Origin: Clostridia bacterium | GTDB taxonomy: Bacteria; Bacillota; DTU025 | Length of the DNA stretch: 32,000 bases | Direction of reading: 5' to 3' | NCBI GenBank assembly: GCA_034926675.1 | Contig: JAYFQW010000081.1 | Coordinates: 1 to 32,000 of the forward strand | Shown: in pieces, positions 8,526 to 17,200 of the stretch | How the letters are laid out: each line of letters starts with the position of its first letter | Numbering within the stretch: position 1 is the stretch's first letter | Translations under genes and position numbers: made by a program | The notes under the pieces: generated by a model | The model's database searches: none | Seen by the model: only the letters and a program-made list of their open reading frames with translations | What the model was told of the DNA's origin: nothing

Positions 8526-8616
8526 TTCACGCTCATCCTCCAAACATACGGCGCTGGCCGAGCCCGCGGGGCGCCCGCATGAACAGGCGGCAACGATGTT
8601 CCGCCAGGCCTCGGCG

Positions 8617-8638
8617 ACTGACTGACCGTTCAGTCAGT
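8617..8638. promoter_or_regulatory. 22-bp palindrome ACTGACTGA-CCGT-TCAGTCAGT in the divergent SDR/tamB intergenic region (candidate operator)
   Basis: There are 9 perfect pairs (8617-8625 with 8630-8638) around a 4-nt centre. It overlaps a weak sigma70-like pair, CTGACC (8622-8627), 16 nt, TATAGA (8644-8649), that faces tamB. Confidence 0.3.
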
Positions 8639-8797
8639 TACAGTATAGATCTCACTGCCGTGGCTGTCAACGAGGCGATCTGCCCAGTGGAATTTAATGG
8701 GACAGTCCTCAACATATGCGCAGCCCGGAACGTTTTCACGCAAGCGCGCTCGAAGGTGGAGGGGAACCGATGTCGAACTCACCGAGTGGTGATATAT

Positions 8798-10975
8798 GTG
8801 AAACGTGCGATTGCAGTTGTCATGTGCCTGCTGGTGGCCGTTTGCGCAATTGCGGTTTCCTTGCGCATGAACTTGCGTGGCATTACATCGCGGGCCATAG
8901 AGCACGCCATCTCCCGCGCCACCGGCGTGGAGGATGTGGGCGTTGGGGCAGTGGAACCTCGAGGGTTCCGCTCGCTTCGGATATCCAACGTTAGGATCGG
9001 CGATGCGATTTCCATCAGTGAGCTGACTATCACATACGATCTCCGGGGTCTTCTTCGCGACAAGGTGAACCCAGGGCGGAGCATCACCGCGATGGAGGCG
9101 GGCCGAGTGCGGCTCGACTGGCCGGAAATGCAGCTCCTTGCCTCCGGCGACGGCGGTGGCGGTCGCGCCAGGCTCAATGGCCTCCGCAGCGATAGAGGCG
9201 CGTCCCGCGCAGCCCAGTCAGGCAGTGCCTTTGGTGGTTTCCGGGGGACCATATCCGTGAGGGACGCTGAAGTGAAGCTAGCTGGCGGGGCCAACCCAAC
9301 ACTGCTTCTCGCCACGGAGGTCCGGGCGGCCTTGGGGCAGCCGTTGGCGCTGTCGCCTGGGTCCTCTCCAGACCGGACCGCAGATGCGTTCCCCGGTTCT
9401 TCCTGGAACGTTTCGGCAGAGCGTGTGGAGTACGCTGCCGAGACCCCATTTGTGGTCGGGCGCCCCCAGGCCGTAGTATCGATAACGCCAAGCGGAAAGG
9501 TGCAGGTATCGGGGCTTGGGGCAGAACTCCTTGGGGGCAGAGTGGAGAGGGCGTCGGCACTTCTAGACCCAGCGGGCGCCCGGTTTCTGACGAGCGCAGG
9601 AGCGGTGCTGTCGCGAATCTCATATCGGGGGGTCGCATTCACGGGCGACGTTGAGATTCGAGAAGACGGATCTGCGGTCACTCACGCTATCGTCGATCTT
9701 CCGCAGGATCTAGGAGGCCCTGCCCACGTGGATGCGAGCTTCGTCGGGCGTGTAGCCTTAGGCCTCGATGCTGCTGTTCCAGGAGTGGCGAAGACCGATC
9801 CTCTGCGGCTTTCGGCAAAGGGCGACCTTCATCTTAATGCTGTCCGCACTCAATGGGGAGAGTGGCATGATCTGAAAGCATCCGTTGAAATCATGGCCTC
9901 AATGTCCGGAATTAGGGTTGACGCCGGCGCCAAGAGGACGTCGCTTTCGGACCTCGCCGCGGGCGGCGGGGCATCAGGCGTGGTATCTGGCTGGGTAAAC
10001 TGGAGCGCAGGTGTTGATGTCCGAAATGGCTGTGCTCAAGCGAATGTGGACATCACGGACGGCCTCGTGAAGACGCCCCTGTGGTCTCAGGAGTTCCAGG
10101 ATATCGCTGGGCGCATAGAGATTGCCAACACCGACGCGCGGCGTTCGCCAGGGGAGAGGGACGTTGCAGGTGCGGACCTGATGCACGGCATTGGCGCCGT
10201 CGTTCACGTGCCGAGCCTCAGGGGGACTATCGGCGGAGGCCAGGCGGAGGTCGCAGGGGCGCCAGGAGCCTGGAGAATCATCTTGAGCGGGGCGCGACTC
10301 GAGCATCAGCTGCTGAGGGGCCAGGTGAATGCAGACCTCTTAGTGCAGGGCGGCGCCTCAGACGGCCTTATCCTGTCGGGCGACATACATCTGAGCCATG
10401 CAGAGGTGGATGCCGTAACGGCTGGGTTCTCCCAGGTTCCATCATTGCCTGATGCCGTTCTCGATTTGGATCTGCAGTTTGGCGATGACGTGAAGATAGT
10501 GAGGGATGGATCCTGGGCTATCATGGCCCCAGGATCCATTAAGCTCGGCGGATCGGTGCGAAACCCCAAACCAGAGGGCGTTCTCATCGCAAGCGGCGGC
10601 GCGGTGGAGTTGTCAGGTGTTCCGCTTGAGATCGTCTCGGGGCGCATCGACTTTCCGGGCAAGGCAGGAGGGACGCTCCAGTTCGGGCTGGAGGCGCGCG
10701 ATATGTCTGCAGAACCCCCGATCGTCGCAAGCATCACAGGTGAACCGGGCAAGGTCAGCATTTCCATGAGGTCTGACGCGGCAGAAGAAACTGACCAAGG
10801 AGGACTCCTCATGAAACTTCTCGACGCTCGTTTGCGTCTATACATGTTGAGCGGCATTGGGAGGCTCCTGGATGAGAGCGTGGATTCGTCCGCAACAGTG
10901 TCCTCATCCCGGACCCGCACTGAGAAGGAATCGGTGTGGGGGAGTAGAATAGGGAATCCGACCATTAGCCCATGA
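8798..10975 (+). CDS. tamB: TamB-like translocation and assembly module protein (DUF490 C-terminus)
   Basis: An N-terminal TM anchor (KRAIAVVMCLLVAVCAIAVSL) is followed by a long Gly/Ala/Val-rich beta-rich region. The C-terminus is DLDLQFGDDVKIVRDGSWAIMAPGSIKLGGSVRNPKPEGVLIASGGAVELSGVPLEIVSGRIDFPG...ITGEPGKVSISMRSD, typical of TamB/DUF490. It lies immediately upstream of bamA. I chose the start at GTG 8798 (alternatives 8786 and 8789). The 8249 start in the ORF track would overlap the convergent-frame SDR gene and encodes R/P-rich sequence that does not look like real protein. Confidence 0.7.
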   Translation: MKRAIAVVMCLLVAVCAIAVSLRMNLRGITSRAIEHAISRATGVEDVGVGAVEPRGFRSLRISNVRIGDAISISELTITYDLRGLLRDKVNPGRSITAMEAGRVRLDWPEMQLLASGDGGGGRARLNGLRSDRGASRAAQSGSAFGGFRGTISVRDAEVKLAGGANPTLLLATEVRAALGQPLALSPGSSPDRTADAFPGSSWNVSAERVEYAAETPFVVGRPQAVVSITPSGKVQVSGLGAELLGGRVERASALLDPAGARFLTSAGAVLSRISYRGVAFTGDVEIREDGSAVTHAIVDLPQDLGGPAHVDASFVGRVALGLDAAVPGVAKTDPLRLSAKGDLHLNAVRTQWGEWHDLKASVEIMASMSGIRVDAGAKRTSLSDLAAGGGASGVVSGWVNWSAGVDVRNGCAQANVDITDGLVKTPLWSQEFQDIAGRIEIANTDARRSPGERDVAGADLMHGIGAVVHVPSLRGTIGGGQAEVAGAPGAWRIILSGARLEHQLLRGQVNADLLVQGGASDGLILSGDIHLSHAEVDAVTAGFSQVPSLPDAVLDLDLQFGDDVKIVRDGSWAIMAPGSIKLGGSVRNPKPEGVLIASGGAVELSGVPLEIVSGRIDFPGKAGGTLQFGLEARDMSAEPPIVASITGEPGKVSISMRSDAAEETDQGGLLMKLLDARLRLYMLSGIGRLLDESVDSSATVSSSRTRTEKESVWGSRIGNPTISP

Positions 10976-11034
10976 TCACAGCCAGAGGGTGCTGTGGATA
11001 TGGAAGTTGTCGCATGATGTGGGAGGGGAGACTG

Positions 11035-12765
11035 TTGAAGGACGTTCGCTTCAGTAGGTTCTGCGGTATTCTGGCGGTAATGGTTGCCGCGGTCCTGCTG
11101 GCTTCATCGGCAGCCTGGGCTGCCGAGCCGAAGTCGCTGGGTAAGGTAACCGCTATCGAAGTCCAGGGAAACCAAAGGATCGATTCGGACATAATCATCC
11201 GTGCAATGGCCATCAAGGTTGGCGATGAACTAACAGAGCAAGCAATCAACACTTCATTCGGAGCGATCGATGCTCTAGGATGGTTTGCCGACCTAGGAGC
11301 AAACACCGCCCCTTACTTGGGCGGAGTCAAACTGATCGTCATCGTTCAGGAGTTCCCGGTGATCAGCAAGGTTAGCATTAGCGGCAACAAACTGATCGGC
11401 TCCGATGTGCTCACGGCAGCGCTTGGCTCAAAGCCCAACGCCCAGCTCAATATGAACACGCTGAGGGTGGACCTTCAGGCTCTTGGAAAGATCTATCAGG
11501 ACAAGGGCTACTGGGTGAGCATTGAACCGTCCGTTCAGGAACAGGGCGTGCTCTCCCTCAATGTCTTCGAGTGGACAGTCGCCGATGTGCGGGTGTCCGG
11601 CAATGAGAAGACCAAGGCCTACGTGATTCAGCGGTCTATCCAGACGAAGTCAGGCGACTACGTCGACGTAAACAAGATAAACGACGATCGCCGCCGCGTG
11701 TACATGCTGGGGGCCTTCGAGGACGTGGAGGCGAAGGTGGAACCGGTCCCTGGCAAGTACGAGTATGCCATCAACTATGTGGTCAAGGAGCGGAAGACCG
11801 GCACTGCCAACATGGGAATAACCTACAGCTCTGCAACTGGCCTAACTGGCTATTTGCAGCTCGGCGACGAGAATTTCCTAGGCAATGCCCAGACCGTCAA
11901 CCTCAGGGCGGAATTCGGAGGCGGCCAGACGAACTACGAGATTGGCTTCCACGAACCCTGGGTCGGGAAGTCCGGGAAGACATCTGCGGGCTTCAACCTG
12001 TTCGCGAAGTCCGTGGAGAAGAAGTACACGCCCGCGGAGGATGTGGACGACGGAAACCCTGATACCCCCGCCCCAATCCAGTACAAGCAGCGAAAGACTG
12101 GCGGAGACGTCACCATTGGGAGGTCTCTGTCTCTCAATACCACTGCATCTCTCAAGCTGAGAATAGAGAATGCTGTCAATACTGCTGTGAACCCTGAGGA
12201 TCAGCTTCTGACGCCGGCGGGCGGCAACACCCGGTCCCTCACCCTATCAGCGCAGAACGATACGAGGGATGATCTGTGGAACCCAGCCGCGGGTCACAGG
12301 GTCACGGGGTCTGTCGAGTATGCCGGAGGCCTGCTCGGGGGAGATGCTTCATTCTCCAAAGTCGAGGCTGAGGGCTCGATTTATCGCCAGGTCCGCGAGG
12401 GGCACATCCTCGCAGGCCGCGTCAGTGGCGGTTTCGGGCTTGCAGCCCTTCCAGAGGATCAGCAGTTCAAACTGGGAGGGGCCGAGACAGTTCGCGGGTA
12501 CAACTACGGGGATTTCCAGGGCGACAGAATGGCCCTGGCGAACGCGGAGTACAGGTTCAGCATCGTGAAGGGATTCCAGGGCGTGGTGTTCGTCGATGCG
12601 GGGCAGGCATGGAAGATCGGTGAGCCATTCCAGCTTTCCAACACCAAGATGGGGTATGGAGTGGGCGTCCGGGTGATGGTGCCTGTGCTCGGCATGATCC
12701 GAGTTGATTACGGAATCGGAAAGAATGGCGGACAGGCCTACTTCAGTTTCGGTCAGACGTTCTAG
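11035..12765 (+). CDS. bamA: Outer membrane protein assembly factor BamA (POTRA repeats plus Omp85/D15 barrel)
   Basis: The signal peptide is FCGILAVMVAAVLLASSAAWA|AEP. POTRA-like repeats include VTAIEVQGNQRIDSDIIIRAMAIKVGDELT and ISKVSISGNKLIGSDVLTAAL. The D15 barrel carries ETVRGYNYGDFQGDRMALANAEYRF and the C-terminal beta-signal YFSFGQTF. TTG 11035 is preceded by GGGAGGGGAG (11021-11030). Alternative starts are ATG 10972 (an ATGA overlap with the tamB stop) and ATG 11014. Confidence 0.9.
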   Translation: MKDVRFSRFCGILAVMVAAVLLASSAAWAAEPKSLGKVTAIEVQGNQRIDSDIIIRAMAIKVGDELTEQAINTSFGAIDALGWFADLGANTAPYLGGVKLIVIVQEFPVISKVSISGNKLIGSDVLTAALGSKPNAQLNMNTLRVDLQALGKIYQDKGYWVSIEPSVQEQGVLSLNVFEWTVADVRVSGNEKTKAYVIQRSIQTKSGDYVDVNKINDDRRRVYMLGAFEDVEAKVEPVPGKYEYAINYVVKERKTGTANMGITYSSATGLTGYLQLGDENFLGNAQTVNLRAEFGGGQTNYEIGFHEPWVGKSGKTSAGFNLFAKSVEKKYTPAEDVDDGNPDTPAPIQYKQRKTGGDVTIGRSLSLNTTASLKLRIENAVNTAVNPEDQLLTPAGGNTRSLTLSAQNDTRDDLWNPAAGHRVTGSVEYAGGLLGGDASFSKVEAEGSIYRQVREGHILAGRVSGGFGLAALPEDQQFKLGGAETVRGYNYGDFQGDRMALANAEYRFSIVKGFQGVVFVDAGQAWKIGEPFQLSNTKMGYGVGVRVMVPVLGMIRVDYGIGKNGGQAYFSFGQTF

Positions 12766-12795
12766 CCCTGCGGACGCAGTGGATGTATAATGGGT

Positions 12796-12819
12796 AGGCG
12801 CCGCGACGCCGTGGCGCCT
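12796..12819 (+). terminator. GC-rich hairpin after bamA (weak terminator or skp leader structure)
   Basis: AGGCGCCGCG / CGTGGCGCCT forms about 10 pairs (one G.U) around the loop ACGC. The following GCCTTGCTTGTG is only moderately T-rich. A perfect TATAAT hexamer lies just upstream at 12786-12791 with a poor -35, so the role is ambiguous. Confidence 0.3.
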
Positions 12820-12856
12820 GCCTTGCTTGTGATGAATTGGAGCTCAGAAAGAAAGG

Positions 12857-13321
12857 ATGAACCGAATGTTCAAGAACCTTCCGAAGACCCTTGTTACTAT
12901 GCTCATCTGCTCAGTTGTCATCGGCGCAGGCGCCGGTCTCATGAACTTGGCAGTCTCCTCGGCCGCTCCTGAGCCGGTCGTGATCGGAAAGATAGATGGC
13001 CCCAAGCTGAACAGCGAGTTTCCCGCACTGAAGGCAGCCTGGGACAACATCTCCAAGCAGAAGGCTACACTGGAGAAGGAACTGAACTCCAAGGCCGAGA
13101 ATCAAGACGAGGAGACCCAGAAGGTTCTCCTCGACCAGTACAACAAGAAGTACAACGACTATGCCAAGACGCAGCTTGAGCCGGCTACCAAGTCCCTCAA
13201 GGATGCCATTGCGGCTGTTGCTAAGGAGAAGGGCGTCAACGTCGTCCTCGACCTCAACGTTGTGCATCTCGGTGGAATCGACATTACCGACGCCGTGATG
13301 AAGAAGGGCGGCGCCAAGTAG
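12857..13321 (+). CDS. skp: Skp/OmpH-family periplasmic chaperone
   Basis: A signal peptide is followed by a K/E/Q-rich helical core (KQKATLEKELNSKAENQDEETQKVLLDQYNKKYNDYAKTQLEPATKSLKDAIAAVAKEKGVNVVLD), as in OmpH-family proteins. It follows bamA, as in many diderms. The start could be ATG 12866, which has better spacing from AAAGGA. Confidence 0.8.
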   Translation: MNRMFKNLPKTLVTMLICSVVIGAGAGLMNLAVSSAAPEPVVIGKIDGPKLNSEFPALKAAWDNISKQKATLEKELNSKAENQDEETQKVLLDQYNKKYNDYAKTQLEPATKSLKDAIAAVAKEKGVNVVLDLNVVHLGGIDITDAVMKKGGAK

Positions 13322-13347
13322 GAAGGCGTGTCGTTCCGGAAATCGTA

Positions 13348-13380
13348 TGGGGAGGCGCGCTTGGCGTCTCCCCATTCTTC
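13348..13380 (+). terminator. Rho-independent terminator after skp
   Basis: TGGGGAGGCGC (13348-13358) pairs with GCGTCTCCCCA (13364-13374), giving 11 pairs with one G.U and the loop GCTTG. It is followed by TTCTTC. Confidence 0.6.
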
Positions 13381-13407
13381 TAGAGAGCAGCGATGGGGGT
13401 GGCGTAG

Positions 13408-14241
13408 ATGAGTACTAGTAGGATGATCTCCGCGATGTTCACCGCCATCTTCGCATTGATGCTGCTCCAGGGGAATGGGGAAGTGTCAGCGTGCGTCGGA
13501 GCGCGTCCGATGGCCCTGGGAGGGGCATTTGTGGCCATGGCGGAGGGCTCATCCGCAGTGTACTGGAACCCCGCGGGCCTTGCCTGGCTTAAGTCGGGGG
13601 ATGCAGGGCTTACTGCCACCCTCAACAACAAGTGCACCTACAACTACGACCTCTTCGTTTCTCTCTGCTCACCTCTGGCTCAGGGGTGGGGTGTGGGCTT
13701 GGGCTATGTCCTCTCCACAGTCGCTGCCGGCGCCGGTGTTCTCCGAGAGGATTGGGCAGTAGCGTCGGCTGCCCGGGCCATCGACGATCAACTCGCCATC
13801 GGCGGCAGCGTGAGAATGGAGGCAGTGTCCTTTGAGCCGGAGTCCCCATCCACGAGGCTGAGGTTCGATATCGGCGTCATGTACCGGCTTACTCCGAAGC
13901 TCAGCGCCGGGCTGCTCATCCAGGATCTATCAGCAGGTTCGTCGGCCGCCAATATCAGACCGGGCCTCGCTATCAGGCCAGATGACCGTAGCCTTCTTAC
14001 CATTGATGTTTACGATATGGTCGGGGCATGGGGGCGCCCGAGCGGAAGGGCCGGATTCGAGAGACTGGTAGGGGATAATCTCGCTCTGCGCCTGGGGTGC
14101 TACGGGTTCAGCCCAGGATTCTCCTGGGGCGCACTGACCCTCGGCGCCGGCCTGACAGCCGGGCCATTTCGTGCTGATTACGCATTCCTCGGCGGAGCCC
14201 TGGGCGGCACTCACCAGTTGGGGGTGGAAGTTGCGTTCTAG
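13408..14241 (+). CDS. Small outer-membrane beta-barrel protein (FadL/PorV-like N-terminal motif), function unknown
   Basis: The SD is GGGGGTGG (13395-13402). The signal peptide is FTAIFALMLLQGNGEVSA. ARPMALGGAFVAMAEGSSAVYWNPAGLA is the N-terminal motif I associate with FadL/OMPP1 and PorV-type barrels. The rest shows an alternating-hydrophobicity pattern and ends in an aromatic residue (GVEVAF). Confidence 0.55.
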   Translation: MSTSRMISAMFTAIFALMLLQGNGEVSACVGARPMALGGAFVAMAEGSSAVYWNPAGLAWLKSGDAGLTATLNNKCTYNYDLFVSLCSPLAQGWGVGLGYVLSTVAAGAGVLREDWAVASAARAIDDQLAIGGSVRMEAVSFEPESPSTRLRFDIGVMYRLTPKLSAGLLIQDLSAGSSAANIRPGLAIRPDDRSLLTIDVYDMVGAWGRPSGRAGFERLVGDNLALRLGCYGFSPGFSWGALTLGAGLTAGPFRADYAFLGGALGGTHQLGVEVAF

Positions 14242-14256
14242 CGAGGTGTCAACTGG

Positions 14257-17200
14257 ATGAGGATTCTCGACCGTTACGTCATCCGCGAGTTTGTAGGGCC
14301 GTTCATCCTGTCTGTTTCGGCGTTCATAATCATCATGCTAAGCGGCCAGCTCTTCTGGCTGATGGATCTGATCATCCAGACACACGTCCCTGCGCTCGCG
14401 GTGATGCGCATGCTCTTATACAGTCTGCCTGGGATAGTCGCTCAGGTCCTGCCAGTTGCTGTGCTCCTGGCGGTCATGTTGGGCCTGGGTCGCCTCAGCC
14501 GCGATTCGGAGCTCTCGATCATGCGCGCCATCGGAACCCCTTTCGCGAGGATTGTGCTGCCGCTGATTGCCGTTGGCGCTGTTGTGAGTGGAATCGGCTT
14601 CTGGCTAGGGGATTCCGTAGTGCCATGGGCGACTCATGAATCGGAGAACATCGTTAGGCAGATGATCCTGAAGGACGTCATGCCCAATGTGGAACAGGAC
14701 GTCTTTTTCAAGGCGCCGGAGGGCAGGTTCGTCTATGTTGGCAAGGCTGATCCCGCGAGCGGGCTCATGGAACGTGTGATGGTGTATGAAACCAACTCCG
14801 GCGAATTCCCTCGGATAGTGACAGCCATGTCAGGTCGCATATCCGGGCTTTCCTGGCTGCTTACTGACGGCGCCATCCACCAACTGGATTCACGAGGGCG
14901 CGTCAGCATGTCAATGTCCTTCGAGAGCTTGGATATCAAGATGGACAACACGTTCGACCAGTTTGTTGCGAACCAGAAGACTCCTCAGGAGATGAGCAGG
15001 CGAGAGCTTAAGCAGAACATCGACCTGTTCGAACGGAGTGGCATCAAAGTCTCCGGGCTGCGGATCGATTACCACCTGAAATCGGCAGAGCCCGTGGCGG
15101 CCTTGGTGTTCGCTATTATCGGGGCGCCGCTCATTACCAAATCTCCTCGGCGAGGCGGCGGCTACTTCGGAGTGGTGGCAGCGGCTGTGCTGGCGCTTGC
15201 GTACTATGTGGTGCAGGCCATCGCCAGATCGCTGGCATCCCAAGGGACGGTCCCTCCACTTCTGGCCGCATGGTTCCCTAACATCCTGTTCCTGGCAGCA
15301 GGCCTCGCCATGCTATTTTCAGTTGATAAGGTGCGCGGCTTCCGTGCGCGGCGGCGCATTCCGATGGCTGCTATCCTCCTCGGTGCGCTGCTTCTTGTCG
15401 CCATTGCGCCTTCGGCTGCGAGGGCGGCGGATTTCCCAATCGACGTGCGCGGGACCTTGCTGTCGTTCGATGGCGCCACAGGGATCTGGGTAATCTCGGG
15501 GCAAGTGAAGATATCATTCAAAGACACGAAGATAACCGGGGATAGCGCGGAGTTCGATCTAAAGGACAACATTGCGGTGATACGCGGCAACGTTGTGGTA
15601 ATCCGGAACGATGAGGAACTCCGAGGCGATACTGTGACCTACAACGTCTCCACCGGGGACGTAATTGCAGGCAACGCGTGGGCAAAGATCCGCGATGAGA
15701 AGGTCACCGGTTTCCTTTACATGAAAGGCGCGGAGTTGGAGAGGAAGGACAGCTACGTTCGCCTCTCTGACGGCGCCGTAACCACGTGTGATCTTGACAA
15801 CCCCCACTATAAGGTGGTCGCCGAGAGAATGGAGATCTACGTAGACAGCAGAATCGTCCTACATGGAGTGGCCTATTACGAAGGGAAGGTCAAACTCCTG
15901 TCGCTTCCCCACCTTACTATTCCGCTCAAAGAGGATGAGAGGTTCGAGCTTCCGAAAATCGGGTACGGAGCTGCGGAAGGCTGGTACATCAAGACCAAGT
16001 TCAACTACAGGATCAATGATGATGCCACGGGGTCTCTGTATGCCGACTACTATCAGCTGCTAGGGCCTGCGGCTGGCGTCAGTCAGAGGATCAACCTTGG
16101 CAAGATAGGCGAGTTCACAGGGTATCTCTACGGGCTCTGGAACATCAACTCGGACCGGCTCGACACCACAGTCGAGCTGACCCACGCCGTGTCGCTCCCA
16201 TTCGATGTATCCTCGAAGGCGGAGCTGAAATTCAGGGATTTCACAACGTCAGCCGGGTTGCCTGCCCTGGAGAGGACCTATGGACTCAGTTTGCACAGGC
16301 AAGCATCTGGGTCGGCAACTGCGTTGACCTGGAACACCACCCAGCTCGAGTCGGTATCGGATACCTCAAACACTACTCTGATCCTCAAGCACAGCTCCAC
16401 GTTGCCGCAGCCGCTCTCTGTCAGGCTCAACGCCGACGCTTCATTCAGGCGCCAGACTGCGGGGGATTCTGTGGTGCGCAATGTGCTCAACTACAGAGTG
16501 CAGGCGGATAGGGCATTCGGGCCGATTACCGTGACGGGCCTGGCCCAATCCCAAGTTGTGATCGACGATGACTCAAGCCAGGATGGCTCGAACGCGCCAC
16601 CGCCTCCGTGGAAGGCGCTACAGAGGCTTCCCGAAATCACGGTGAAGGCGGATCGGCTGGAGATTCCAAATACTCCGCTGAGAATGGGCGTAAAGATGGT
16701 CTATGGGCGGTACACTGAGGACGCGATAAGAAATGGAGTCAGATCGGATATTACGGCTGGAAAAGGAGAGGCCGAGCTAACTCTCGGAATGGACTCGCGC
16801 AAGCTCACTCAGGGCCTCAGCGTGGATGCGACTGCCAGAGGAGTGTTCAGCCTCTATGAGGGGTACGGAGCACGAGGAGCTGCAGGCTACACCATCGGCG
16901 CCTACGTTGCCCCGGTGCAAGGATCTACACTGAGGATAACGTACAACAAGACCGATGTGATCGGAGCGTCTCCGTTCATGTTCGATCGAATGGCGGAGAC
17001 GAGCAGGCTTGCTGCGAATCTTACCGCCGTGAAGGGTCCGCTCAGGCTCACCCTCTCCAGCGGTTACGACTTTCGGACCCACACCTACGATAGCCTCACA
17101 GCCGCTGCCAGGGTGGATCTGGGTGGTGGGATAGCGGCGGACCTGTCGGGGTCGTACAGCATCTCCACGGGGAAGCCCACATCTCTTGTTGGAAGGGTAG

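Noticed and set aside
8249-8797. Long N-terminal extension of the tamB ORF (the 908-aa version in the track)
   Set aside because: It would run antisense through the SDR gene (7506-8525) and encodes R/P-rich sequence that does not look like real protein. The TM anchor expected at a TamB N-terminus appears only after 8798.
12911-13375. 154-aa minus-strand ORF mirroring skp
   Set aside because: It is antisense to the Skp/OmpH gene and spans the skp terminator. Its repetitive L/V/G product reflects the complement of the K/E-rich coding strand.
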